DNA from: Candidatus Aenigmatarchaeota archaeon
GTDB taxonomy: Archaea; Aenigmatarchaeota; Aenigmatarchaeia; CG10238-14
Length of the DNA: 64,000 nt
NCBI GenBank assembly: GCA_030018415.1
Contig: JASEGC010000004.1
Span: 10,470 to 74,469 of the forward strand
Direction: 5' to 3'
Position 1 is the first letter of the stretch, and every line of letters begins with the position of its first letter. The notes beneath the pieces were generated by a model that saw nothing but the letters and a program-made list of their open reading frames with translations, was not told the DNA's origin and did no database searches. Positions 29,884 through 39,033 of this stretch are shown in pieces. A program made the position numbers and the translations under genes.

Positions 29884-29950
29884 TTTTTGATTAAAAAATT
29901 ATACAAATTCTTTTAAATCTAAATATGGATAATTTGTCCAGGTTCTAAAA

Positions 29951-30889
29951 ATGCAAAAATTAGTTTTTAAAAACAAGGATCCTTTTGAGCCAGAAGTAAA
30001 GTTTGAAGATTTTGTTTCTGAAGAGAAAAATCCTCTGAGAGAAGCCTTATCAAAACTTTTTGGATCGCTTGTAATGACAGAACTGGAACAAGAAGAAAGA
30101 GGAATGGAAATAGAAATAGATGAAGAGAAGAAAATGATAAAGTTCAAAGTCGAGAAAAGAAAGAGGAAGAGGAGGCTTGAAAAAATAGGAAACACATACA
30201 AACTTCGGAAAGAATTAGAGAGGGATGTTCTTACACTCGTTTATAATCTACCAATCCAAGAAACAGCACGACCATTCGAGAAGCCTGAAATCATAGATAG
30301 ACAAAAAATGCATGCTAAGCTTTTTTCGGCAGGAGCAATTCAATCCAAGCAAATTGTTGATGATATCCATGTTAAAGAAGAATCCACTCCGCAGATCAAA
30401 TCCATCGAAATACCACAAGAATTTGATGTTTACAAGGAAACATACGACAAGAAGTTCAACACGTTAAAGAACGATGGGGGTTACGACATGAAAATTTCAT
30501 ACGAGGAAATGGGAGAATCCGTACATTATGAAAACCCACAAAAATTCTTTGAAAGTGAATTAACCTGGGTTCAATTGCCTGAAGCTCAAGAAAGCAGACA
30601 ATTAACAGTTTATAGGATAATTGCGTTGCAAGGCGCGAGAACTGGCGAGACTGTTCTCGATCTTTTATGGAGATCAGGTTATAGGTTTAGTTTTAGCGTT
30701 GACAAGAGGTATGGAGTACTTATCACATCAATAGATGGTATACCAAACGGCTATAACGGAGCTAATTGGGAGTTTTACGTGAACGGAAAATTAGCAAATG
30801 TTGGAGTGAGTAATTATGTTCTTAAAGATGGAGATGTAGTAACATTCAGATTAATGAAAGGAGGCCCTTGTTCTCAAGCATTGTCTTGA
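29951..30889 (+). CDS. Hypothetical protein with C-terminal DUF4430 domain
   Basis: TVLDLL...YGVLITSIDG...WEFYVNG...VGVSNYVLKDGDVV. Confidence 0.75.
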   Translation: MQKLVFKNKDPFEPEVKFEDFVSEEKNPLREALSKLFGSLVMTELEQEERGMEIEIDEEKKMIKFKVEKRKRKRRLEKIGNTYKLRKELERDVLTLVYNLPIQETARPFEKPEIIDRQKMHAKLFSAGAIQSKQIVDDIHVKEESTPQIKSIEIPQEFDVYKETYDKKFNTLKNDGGYDMKISYEEMGESVHYENPQKFFESELTWVQLPEAQESRQLTVYRIIALQGARTGETVLDLLWRSGYRFSFSVDKRYGVLITSIDGIPNGYNGANWEFYVNGKLANVGVSNYVLKDGDVVTFRLMKGGPCSQALS

Positions 30890-30919
30890 AGATCATGAAG
30901 ATAGTGGCTTTTTTTCATG

Positions 30920-30937
30920 ATGAGACATATGTCTCAT
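30920..30937. repeat. Perfect 18-bp palindrome ATGAGACATATGTCTCAT
   Basis: Self-complementary; lies between convergent genes. Confidence 0.8.
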
Positions 30938-31003
30938 ATTGAATTCCAGAAACATTTACAGTAAAATTCTCGAGAATGTTATGTCATCTCAATGATCTGA
31001 TTT

Positions 31004-31585
31004 TTAAGTCAAAGATAAAGCAACTGCTATAGAAGCATCGTCTGACTTTTTTCTGTCAGACGCTGAACCGATTATTATCACATCCCCATCTTTTATCCTG
31101 AATTTTTCACGGAGAACTTGCTCTAAATCGCCTATATCCTTATTACATCCAGGAAAGATTAATCTTCCATTCTCGCAGATTAAAGTAGTTGCACCACTGG
31201 CTCCTATTTTTATGGCCTCATCCCTCTGTTCTACTCCGAATTTGATTTTTTTCGAAGAATTTTTGACTAGGATGGCAGTGCTGTATTTTCCCACAGAATA
31301 TTCGTTAGCAGTTATTTCTATCGGCCTTGAAATTTTTTCAAGAATTTTTTTCACCAACGCATTTCCTCTTTTTGTCAATAAATTACCTTTTGTTGAACTC
31401 TTTATCAGTCTGCTATCTTTTAAACGTTTTATGAGCGTTTTGGTCGTGGCCTCTCCTAGCCCCAACTCTTTCATCAGTCTAAGCCTGCCCATGGGTTTTT
31501 CAGGGAGTAAAAAAAGAATCTTAACTATATCAACAGAGGAATAAGAAGCTCTTACATCTATCAAACCTTTGAATATGTTAATCAT
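31004..31585 (-). CDS. HTH transcriptional regulator with DUF4443-like C-terminal domain
   Basis: PMGRLRLMKELGLGEATTKTLIKRL; GVEQRDEAIKIGASGATTL. Confidence 0.8.
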   Translation of the reverse strand: MINIFKGLIDVRASYSSVDIVKILFLLPEKPMGRLRLMKELGLGEATTKTLIKRLKDSRLIKSSTKGNLLTKRGNALVKKILEKISRPIEITANEYSVGKYSTAILVKNSSKKIKFGVEQRDEAIKIGASGATTLICENGRLIFPGCNKDIGDLEQVLREKFRIKDGDVIIIGSASDRKKSDDASIAVALSLT

Positions 31586-31647
31586 GTATATTCTATGATC
31601 AAAAGACTTAAAAAATTAAAACTGGATAATTTATCCATGATTATATC

Positions 31648-32364
31648 ATGGAACAAGAATTAAAACAAAAGAGTGAACAGAAAACTTTGCTTTTATCTAC
31701 CCAAAGGACGATGTATTCTCTGAAAAGAAAATTGTTGTTAATCATGGCTTTAACTTCTTTAGGAATCTTAGGAAGGGCTGCATTCCAATTTATACCGAGT
31801 GTTGAACCTCTGACACCTTTGACGATATTAACTGGCTTTTTACTTGGCCCGATTTCTGGTTTCATTTCTGGTGTGGTTGGTTTTTATTTGTCTAATTTCC
31901 TTGTTTGGGGTCTTCAAGGCCCCTGGACTATATTTCAATGCCTAGGCGCGGGTTTAGCAGGTTTCATCGGTGGTTTAATCGGAAAATCGGGAAAGAAATC
32001 TAGAATAAAATTTTTGATATCGACGTTCATCGGGATAATCGTTTATGAAATAATCGTGACAGTCGGGATGGGAGCAATTTTTGCATTTCCTTTCCTGCTG
32101 TTTTACATAATAACCAGCATTCCATTCTCTTTTGTACACTTGACTAGCAGCTTGGGATTCTCTATTTCATTCTATGAGTTCAAAGAGCAGATAAAAAAAC
32201 TGAGGGGGGGTTTGATTGAAAAAGAGATACTTGGTCTCAGGACTGTTGATAGTGGTATTGGCAAGCCTGGCAATAAACTTGTACCTTACCTTTACTTCAG
32301 AAAGATATCCAGAAAAGATAAGGGTAGAAGCAAGGATAGATTTTGGTACTTCAGAAAAGAATAA
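31648..32364 (+). CDS. ECF transporter S component (CbrT-like)
   Basis: GRAAFQFIPSVEP, SNFLVWGLQGPWTIFQ, multiple TMs. Confidence 0.85.
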   Translation: MEQELKQKSEQKTLLLSTQRTMYSLKRKLLLIMALTSLGILGRAAFQFIPSVEPLTPLTILTGFLLGPISGFISGVVGFYLSNFLVWGLQGPWTIFQCLGAGLAGFIGGLIGKSGKKSRIKFLISTFIGIIVYEIIVTVGMGAIFAFPFLLFYIITSIPFSFVHLTSSLGFSISFYEFKEQIKKLRGGLIEKEILGLRTVDSGIGKPGNKLVPYLYFRKISRKDKGRSKDRFWYFRKE

Positions 32365-32623
32365 AAGAGTAGAAGTTCAGAATGGTACAACAGTATTCGA
32401 AGTTTTGAAGAGTATTGCAACTGTAGAATATAAAGAATATGCTGGTATGGGTAAATTTGTGACATCGATAGATGGTGTCGCTCAGAACTCAACGCATTCA
32501 TGGATGTATTATGTGAATGATGAGTATGCACAAGTTGCTTGCGATAAATATGCTTTGACGGAAGATGCTTCCTTTACTTTCAAGTATATGTCGAATGAAG
32601 AAGCTATGGGATATGTAAGTTAA
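32216..32623 (+). CDS. Membrane-anchored DUF4430 protein (ECF-associated)
   Basis: N-terminal TM, TVFEVL...GKFVTSIDG...WMYYVN. Confidence 0.85.
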   Translation: MKKRYLVSGLLIVVLASLAINLYLTFTSERYPEKIRVEARIDFGTSEKNKRVEVQNGTTVFEVLKSIATVEYKEYAGMGKFVTSIDGVAQNSTHSWMYYVNDEYAQVACDKYALTEDASFTFKYMSNEEAMGYVS

Positions 32624-32669
32624 TTAGATAGATTTTTGTTCCAGGAAGAGAAAATAATTTTTAGAGAGA

Positions 32670-33026
32670 ATGCCCTACTATTTCACTGAGGGAGAAGGCA
32701 ATAACGTTGCTGTTGTCCTTATAGGAATGGTTGACATAATCGCTGGAATAATCATCTTCTTCAGTAGGAGTTGGCATCTTTCCTCAAACTCTGTTGTTGC
32801 ATTTCTAACATTCTTCTATTTCTGCTTGGGGGTCTGGTCCTTAGCTACTAATATGATCAGAAAAAACTTCTTCGACTGGAGAGGCGTAGTTGACATCATG
32901 AGTGCTGTTTGTTTACTCTTGATATTCTATGGAAGTGTATACGGGATATTTGGAGTATTGGGGATAATCATAGTCATAAAAGGAATACTGGGAATATTCT
33001 TGATGACGACAAAAGAATATCCTTGA
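32670..33026 (+). CDS. Small membrane protein
   Basis: Four hydrophobic segments. Confidence 0.7.
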   Translation: MPYYFTEGEGNNVAVVLIGMVDIIAGIIIFFSRSWHLSSNSVVAFLTFFYFCLGVWSLATNMIRKNFFDWRGVVDIMSAVCLLLIFYGSVYGIFGVLGIIIVIKGILGIFLMTTKEYP

Positions 33027-33087
33027 ATGTTGTAAACATTTATTAAAGGCAAAATTTAAAAAACAAGATTAAGGAGGGGTTAGAAGA

Positions 33088-33801
33088 ATGGTAAATTATG
33101 GAGAGGCTATAAGGAAACCTTTCACTGACCTTGCAAAGTTAGTGATTGGCATAGTATTGACTTTGATTCCAATCGTACACTGGATTGCAAAGGGTTTTAT
33201 ACTAGAGAGTTCTGGAATGGGTAAAACCAAGCCTTCCAAAACCATGCCTGAGTGGAAGAATTGGGGCAATCTCTTCGTCAAGGGACTATTATCAGACATA
33301 ATATTACTCATATACGCGATTCCAGCCATCGTTGTGTTCATAGTGGGAGCAGAGTTTAGGATAATGACTTTGATTAGTGGCTTCCTTAGTTCAATAATAA
33401 CGCCAGAACTGTTGGGTGAGATGAAAACTGGCGAAGTCTCATCTGAAGTGATAAGTCAAATAATCTCACAAAACTGGGCAATGGCTCTTCCAACACTGAT
33501 GACTCTAGCACCAGTCATTCTGTTAGCATTCATTCTGTTGATAATAGCATTCTATTTAACACCGATAGCTGTTCTAAACTACATTAAAACAAACGAATTC
33601 AGTGAAGCATTCAGGCTAAGCATAGTCTTGAAGAAAGCGTTGACAGGGAAGTATTTTGTGGTTTGGATAGTGACGATAATAATCACAGCGATTGCCGTGG
33701 CAATACTCGCGTTCATACCAGTCTTAGGTTTAGCGATAGCCATCTTTGTGAGCGGAGTGATAGCTTACAGTCTTTACGGTCAAATCTACAGGGAAACCTG
33801 A
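33088..33801 (+). CDS. DUF4013-like membrane protein
   Basis: YGEAIRKPF...MPEWKNWGNLFVKGL...FSEAF; GGAGG RBS. Confidence 0.8.
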   Translation: MVNYGEAIRKPFTDLAKLVIGIVLTLIPIVHWIAKGFILESSGMGKTKPSKTMPEWKNWGNLFVKGLLSDIILLIYAIPAIVVFIVGAEFRIMTLISGFLSSIITPELLGEMKTGEVSSEVISQIISQNWAMALPTLMTLAPVILLAFILLIIAFYLTPIAVLNYIKTNEFSEAFRLSIVLKKALTGKYFVVWIVTIIITAIAVAILAFIPVLGLAIAIFVSGVIAYSLYGQIYRET

Positions 33802-33813
33802 CCCTTTTCTTTT

Positions 33814-34299
33814 TTATTTAGGCTTATAAGTCGCATTCACTTGTTTAGTCTGGACTGAAATCTCAGAAAAGTCTTTATTCCAGTCTGTTTGAACTATAGT
33901 AACTTCTCCAGATTTTAGGGGATCTTTGGGTTTATTGGTTATGCTGGTAGTTTGATTGTCGATAAAAATTGTTGTGTTAGAGACTTCAAGCTTACCGGTG
34001 TTAGCGACTGCGATTAATAGATTGTTCTGTGAATCTCTGTTTACCTCTAAGATGTCAATGCTGTAGAATATGTCCTTTATAGCTATTATTACTTCCTGAG
34101 GAGTCGTAGGTATTTTTGGAAAAAATTTGCCTATGAATGGGATTTCTCTAAAATTTGGGATCGAGCCGAAGATTAAAAAAGATGCTATAACAATCAGGAC
34201 TATGAAGACTATTCCCATCAGAATGTTTTTCAATATCTTAAAACCGATGTAGATTGCTATTAGGAACAAGATTATTCCGATGATTATAGGGATTACCAT
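33814..34299 (-). CDS. Membrane protein with C-terminal beta-sandwich domain
   Basis: Two N-terminal TMs; VANTG...PLKSGEV. Confidence 0.7.
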   Translation of the reverse strand: MVIPIIIGIILFLIAIYIGFKILKNILMGIVFIVLIVIASFLIFGSIPNFREIPFIGKFFPKIPTTPQEVIIAIKDIFYSIDILEVNRDSQNNLLIAVANTGKLEVSNTTIFIDNQTTSITNKPKDPLKSGEVTIVQTDWNKDFSEISVQTKQVNATYKPK

Positions 34300-34330
34300 G
34301 TTATAGTATTTGTTAAGTTAATTAAAATAT

Positions 34331-34537
34331 CTAAATAAGTCCTTTTCCAGAATTAATTACTATTACTTTGTCTTTACTATCTATACTTAACTCAGGTAAC
34401 ACTGCGAAAACCACAGAAGAACTTGGTTCACAAGAAATTACATGTCTAACTTTCTCATAAGCATCTTTAATTTGTTCTTCTGAAAGTTGAATATACCGAT
34501 GTCCTTGCCTTTCGTAAGTGTGCTTCTCAAATATCAC
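34331..34537 (-). pseudogene. C-terminal remnant of a threonine synthase-like PLP enzyme
   Basis: SEEQIKDAY...CEPSSSVVFA...VIVINSGKG with no N-terminal part. Confidence 0.6.
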
Positions 34538-34655
34538 GAATGAGAGATTTGGAAAGGTATACTTGTAAAACTTGACGAAATCTAACGCTATGTTAAATAT
34601 AAATACTAATCATCTATAAATTAGTGTTTAAATACACTAAAATTGGGGTGATGTT

Positions 34656-35105
34656 ATGGTTTTTGAAGATTGGGACCCGTGGGAAGAAGAAAGAAAATTG
34701 AGAGAATTCATCATAAGAATGATTAGGGATGCATGGAGTCCATTCAGAAGGCCGTGGAGAGAATTTAGAGAAGAGTTAAGATACGAGGGTTTTCCTATAG
34801 ATCTTAGCGATACTGATGGTGAGCTAGTATTATACGCAGATTTACCAGGTTTTGAAAAAGATGATGTCAGGATTCATGTAACAGAAGACACGATCGATAT
34901 AAGAGCAGAGAAAAGGAGGGAGAAGAGAGTCGAGACAAAAACTATGTACAGACAAGAGAGAGCTATGGGAACTCTTAGAAGGTTCATGAGTCTACCAGTT
35001 AAAGTCGATCCAGAAGGAGTGGATGCAGAATTTAAAGATGGAGTGTTAACTATAAGAATGAAGAAGAAAGAAGTTAAAAAAGGTAAAGAGGTAAAGATTA
35101 GATAG
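34656..35105 (+). CDS. hsp20: Small heat shock protein Hsp20
   Basis: ADLPGFEKDDV, AEFKDGVLTI; GGGGTGA RBS. Confidence 0.93.
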   Translation: MVFEDWDPWEEERKLREFIIRMIRDAWSPFRRPWREFREELRYEGFPIDLSDTDGELVLYADLPGFEKDDVRIHVTEDTIDIRAEKRREKRVETKTMYRQERAMGTLRRFMSLPVKVDPEGVDAEFKDGVLTIRMKKKEVKKGKEVKIR

Positions 35106-35106
35106 A

Positions 35107-35724
35107 ATGTTCGAGTCGAAAAAATGTAGAAGATGTGGGAAAGGGTTGAAAAACGATTGGATAGTTTGTCCTTACTGTGGAGAGGGCGTGAGAGAGAAAA
35201 AACCTTATGATATGTTCGAGGACATAGAAAGAGAATTCGAGAGGATAGACAAAGTCTTTGGTCCGAGATTCCTTAAATTCCCAAGGATTGACATAGAATC
35301 TCCCTTCAAGAGTGGTGGCATAAGCATTACGATAAGAAGCGGGAGGATGAAGCCCCAGGTTGATGTCAAGACTACCGGAGAATACAAGAAGCTCGAACCT
35401 GAGATTAAGAGGAGGCTAGGTGTAGAAGAAGAAGTAGAAGAAGTCAAAGAAGAAAAGCCAGAAAAAAAAGTAAGAATTCCAAAGATGACAGAGGAACCCG
35501 AGACGAAAATAGAGAGAGTTGGAAATAGAGAAACTATTAACATTAAGTTATCCGATGTCAAGAACCCCGAGGATATTGAAATAAGAAAACTTGAACAATC
35601 TTTGGAGATAAAAGCTTTTGCTGGAGATAAGGCATACTTTAAACTCATTCCAATTAGACCTAACGCACAAATATCAGACAAGAGTTTCAAGAATGGCAAT
35701 TTGAAGATAGAAGTCCTAGAGTGA
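35107..35724 (+). CDS. Zn-ribbon plus Hsp20-like domain protein
   Basis: CRRC...CPYCG, EEPET, SLEIKA...YFKLIPI...FKNGNL. Confidence 0.8.
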   Translation: MFESKKCRRCGKGLKNDWIVCPYCGEGVREKKPYDMFEDIEREFERIDKVFGPRFLKFPRIDIESPFKSGGISITIRSGRMKPQVDVKTTGEYKKLEPEIKRRLGVEEEVEEVKEEKPEKKVRIPKMTEEPETKIERVGNRETINIKLSDVKNPEDIEIRKLEQSLEIKAFAGDKAYFKLIPIRPNAQISDKSFKNGNLKIEVLE

Positions 35725-35841
35725 TTTTATACCGAGGAAAAAAAACACACATTCAAACAGTAGAAAAATTGTTCGCGGATATAAAGAAACTCGTCAGTTA
35801 TTTAAAGGAATTCGAGAAACAATTTTTAGAATGTTGATAGA

Positions 35842-35931
35842 ATGCCAAGAAAACACAAGAGAAAAACGTTGAGGTCTAAAGCAATAAAGTTTAGGTTGAG
35901 AAAAAGGCTTGAAAGTAAAGAGCATTTTTAA
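35842..35931 (+). CDS. 29-aa basic peptide
   Basis: MPRKHKRKTLRSKAIKFRLRKRLESKEHF*. Confidence 0.4.
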   Translation: MPRKHKRKTLRSKAIKFRLRKRLESKEHF

Positions 35932-35962
35932 GATTTAATTCATCAGAAACTAATATTATGTT

Positions 35963-37192
35963 ATGTTTTGGAGAATCTTCTCAGGACGCAGAGCAAAAAG
36001 TATCGTTAAAAGGACTAAAAAATACTGTATTGAGACGACTTTCGCTTATCCACTCGTGATCAAAAAAGGGGAAGGTTGCTTTCTTGAAGATGTAGATGGG
36101 AATGTTTACTTAGATTTCAACTCTAACGTCTGTACTTGTAACATTGGCTACGGACATCCAGAAGTGATGGAGGTTATAAGAAACTTTGGTCAAATAAGTG
36201 CTCATAAAATCGCGGGCCAGGAGTTTTTCAGTGAAGAACAAGTTAAATTAGCTGAAAAAATTCTTAAAATAACTCCAAGAAACTTGACAAGAGTTCTCTT
36301 CACAAACAGCGGGGCAGAGGCTGTTGAGAATGCTATAAAGTTTGCTTACAGGAAGAAAGGACCTTTGGCAGGGGTATCATTCTTCGGAGCGTTCCATGGC
36401 AGGACTATCGGTGCTCTGTCTTTCACGGACAGCAAAGCTGTTCAGAAGAAGAATTATCCTGAAGTCAACAACGAGCTGTTAAAGTTCTGCACGGATGATA
36501 ACGATCCAGACATAAATCAGCTAGAAGAATTGATAAAAAGAGAGGCAGAACCTGCTTTTGTCATCGTCGAATGTGTACAAGGCGAAGGAGGATACAGACC
36601 GGCGAGTAAAAAATTCGTAAAAACGTTGAGAGAAGTAACAAAAAAACATGATATACCCTTGATAATGGATGAGATACAATCAGGAATAGGAAGAACTGGA
36701 AAGTGGTGGTCATTCGAACATTATGGAGTTGAGCCGGATATAATGACTGCTGGCAAGTCTTTGCAAGTGGGCGCAGTAGTATCATCAAAAAAATACGATC
36801 CAAATGAACCCGGAGCCGTCTCTTCTACTTGGGGTGGTGGACACAGGATTGATTTAGCTGTTGGTTTAAAAACGATAGAAATTATAGAGAAAGAAAAACT
36901 AATCGAGAATGCAAACAATATGGGAAATTACATCATGAAACGGTTGAATGAATTGAAAGAAAAATATCCAGAAAAAATCGTCGATGTCCGTGGATTGGGT
37001 TTAATGATCGGAGTTGAGTTTGAGAATGAAAAACAGAGAGATTTTGTTGTTCAAGAAGCCTTCAAACAAAGGTTGTTGCTGCTAGGTTGCGGTTTCAAGA
37101 CTATTAGAATCGCACCACCTTTGATAATAAAAGAAGATGTCGCGGATCATGGGCTATATATTTTTGAGGATGTAGTGAAGGATCTCAAATGA
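35963..37192 (+). CDS. Class III PLP aminotransferase (4-aminobutyrate/ornithine-like)
   Basis: NSGAEAVENA, FHGRT, QGEGG, DEIQSGIGRTG, AGKSL. Confidence 0.92.
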   Translation: MFWRIFSGRRAKSIVKRTKKYCIETTFAYPLVIKKGEGCFLEDVDGNVYLDFNSNVCTCNIGYGHPEVMEVIRNFGQISAHKIAGQEFFSEEQVKLAEKILKITPRNLTRVLFTNSGAEAVENAIKFAYRKKGPLAGVSFFGAFHGRTIGALSFTDSKAVQKKNYPEVNNELLKFCTDDNDPDINQLEELIKREAEPAFVIVECVQGEGGYRPASKKFVKTLREVTKKHDIPLIMDEIQSGIGRTGKWWSFEHYGVEPDIMTAGKSLQVGAVVSSKKYDPNEPGAVSSTWGGGHRIDLAVGLKTIEIIEKEKLIENANNMGNYIMKRLNELKEKYPEKIVDVRGLGLMIGVEFENEKQRDFVVQEAFKQRLLLLGCGFKTIRIAPPLIIKEDVADHGLYIFEDVVKDLK

Positions 37193-37605
37193 AGATAAGA
37201 TTAAGGAAAAAAAGGTTCACCAGATACTTGATCAAGAGTTTGATGAGAGAAAAAGTAAAGAACGTAAAGATAAAGAACGACTGGATTTCTCTGGAGTATG
37301 ATGGAGAGAAGATAAAGAATAAAATAGTTATTAAAAGGCATGAATGGTTCGTGGGGAGCTGGGCTAAGACAAGGGATAAAGTCTACATCGATGACGACCT
37401 GAAGGGAAAGAAAAATAGAGATGCCATTGCAGTTCATGAAGTGATTGAAAAATTCGTTGCCCAAAAATATGGTTTAGACGAGGACACTGATGCCCATAAG
37501 ATTGCTACTGAGAAAGAAAGAGAATACTTTGAAAAAATTGGAGGGAACTGGAGAAGCCATCAGATGAAAGTTACCAGAGTTTGGATGCGCGAAGGGAAGA
37601 AATGA
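37189..37605 (+). CDS. Hypothetical protein with HExxE...H motif
   Basis: VYIDDD...AVHEVIE...AHKIATEKE; ATGA overlap. Confidence 0.7.
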   Translation: MKIRLRKKRFTRYLIKSLMREKVKNVKIKNDWISLEYDGEKIKNKIVIKRHEWFVGSWAKTRDKVYIDDDLKGKKNRDAIAVHEVIEKFVAQKYGLDEDTDAHKIATEKEREYFEKIGGNWRSHQMKVTRVWMREGKK

Positions 37606-37638
37606 AAATTTATAAACAGAAAATATAAACTTTAAGCA

Positions 37639-38292
37639 ATGACATTCATCGAAAAAGTCAAGACAGCGTCGTTAAATCCAAACATGTTCTATCAGAGAAT
37701 AAAGGCTGAAGTTGGAATTATTGAAGCATTCAAATACCTAATAATTCTCTCGATCGGATACACTATAATGAGTTTTGTTTCTTCTTTGTTCTTGAGTTAT
37801 TTTTTGTTTTCAATTTTTTATGGAATTGGTTACCCTTCTATAATACCTGTCTACGGCATCTTCGGCTTCGGATCGTTGATAAGGAGTGGATTTACGTTCG
37901 TTGGTCTTATGATCGGCCCCTTCATTTCTGCGGGTATTATGCATTTATTCACTAAGATGTTTGGAGGTAAGAACGATTACTCTGCAACATACAAAGTTAC
38001 AGTTTACAGCAGCACTCCTACTCTAGTAATTGGTTGGATTCCTTATGTTGGTTGGCTTGTGTCTTTTTACAGTTTATATTTGTTCATAAAAGGACTTTCA
38101 ATATTGCACGATATCAGCATGAGCAGGGCATTCTTGGTGATACTGATCCCCATAATAATAGTCGTTATAATAATGGGTGCAATCGCTTTTTTCTGGTTGA
38201 CTAGTATTCTCTATACTTATAGAACTCCCATTGATATGATTCCTACTGGGCAAATTTACTCAATACTCTCTAAATATTTTGACATTTATTGA
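37639..38292 (+). CDS. Yip1 family membrane protein
   Basis: HLFTKMFGGKNDYSATYKV.VYSSTP...WIP, GLSILHDIS. Confidence 0.85.
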   Translation: MTFIEKVKTASLNPNMFYQRIKAEVGIIEAFKYLIILSIGYTIMSFVSSLFLSYFLFSIFYGIGYPSIIPVYGIFGFGSLIRSGFTFVGLMIGPFISAGIMHLFTKMFGGKNDYSATYKVTVYSSTPTLVIGWIPYVGWLVSFYSLYLFIKGLSILHDISMSRAFLVILIPIIIVVIIMGAIAFFWLTSILYTYRTPIDMIPTGQIYSILSKYFDIY

Positions 38293-38302
38293 GAGGTCTG
38301 AT

Positions 38303-38959
38303 TCATTTTATTGCCTTAGTCATCTGAGCAGTGCCCCAAATTCTTGACATCCCTTCCAGGAACCCGTATCTTTCATACTCTCCAACTGAGTACGGACCTA
38401 TCAAACCTGTAGCTTGTGGTAACATTACCATAAATATGATCCCACAAATCAAGACTAGAGCTATTGCTTGACTATCGTTGAATTGATGAGTTATTCTGAG
38501 ACCATAGTAAAAATATACTGCTCCGAGTAAGCAACCTAGTAGAATGACTCCTCCATTAGTCGCTTGCAAGATTCCATACGCAGTTTTGTTTATTCCCATC
38601 AATGTCAATAGAATACCACCGAACACTAGGGTGAAAGTACTCATCATTAACATGCCTGCGAGCATTATCGCTATAGTTTCTTTGTAACCCCCTTTACAGC
38701 CTAGCATTATCGCAAGAAAATGATAAGCTGGTGATGAAAAGAGGATTGTTAACAAGAACGTTGCTGGATATTTTATCATGTCTCTCAAAGCCCAATCGAC
38801 ATCCATGTTGTTCACGAAGTAGCCATAAATAAGACCATAGATACCCAAGGACACGATTGTGTATATGACGATTTCTTGGAGAATTAGTCTAGATTTGACC
38901 CTGTCTGCCAACCCTTTGAATAATTTCTCTCTGTCGAAAAACTCTCTAAACACTCCCAT
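38303..38959 (-). CDS. Yip1-like membrane protein
   Basis: Five TMs, HFLAIMLGCKGGYKET. Confidence 0.7.
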   Translation of the reverse strand: MGVFREFFDREKLFKGLADRVKSRLILQEIVIYTIVSLGIYGLIYGYFVNNMDVDWALRDMIKYPATFLLTILFSSPAYHFLAIMLGCKGGYKETIAIMLAGMLMMSTFTLVFGGILLTLMGINKTAYGILQATNGGVILLGCLLGAVYFYYGLRITHQFNDSQAIALVLICGIIFMVMLPQATGLIGPYSVGEYERYGFLEGMSRIWGTAQMTKAIK

Positions 38960-39033
38960 ACCTCCGTTTCTTTATATATTTAATGGGAAAGAGTCGATAT
39001 AAAACTTTTATTGTGAGAAATTGATTAATCATT

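Noticed and set aside
30917..31000. Possible C/D box sRNA (ATGATGA...CTGA)
   Set aside because: 84-nt span is long for archaeal guides and no clear D'/C' boxes are seen
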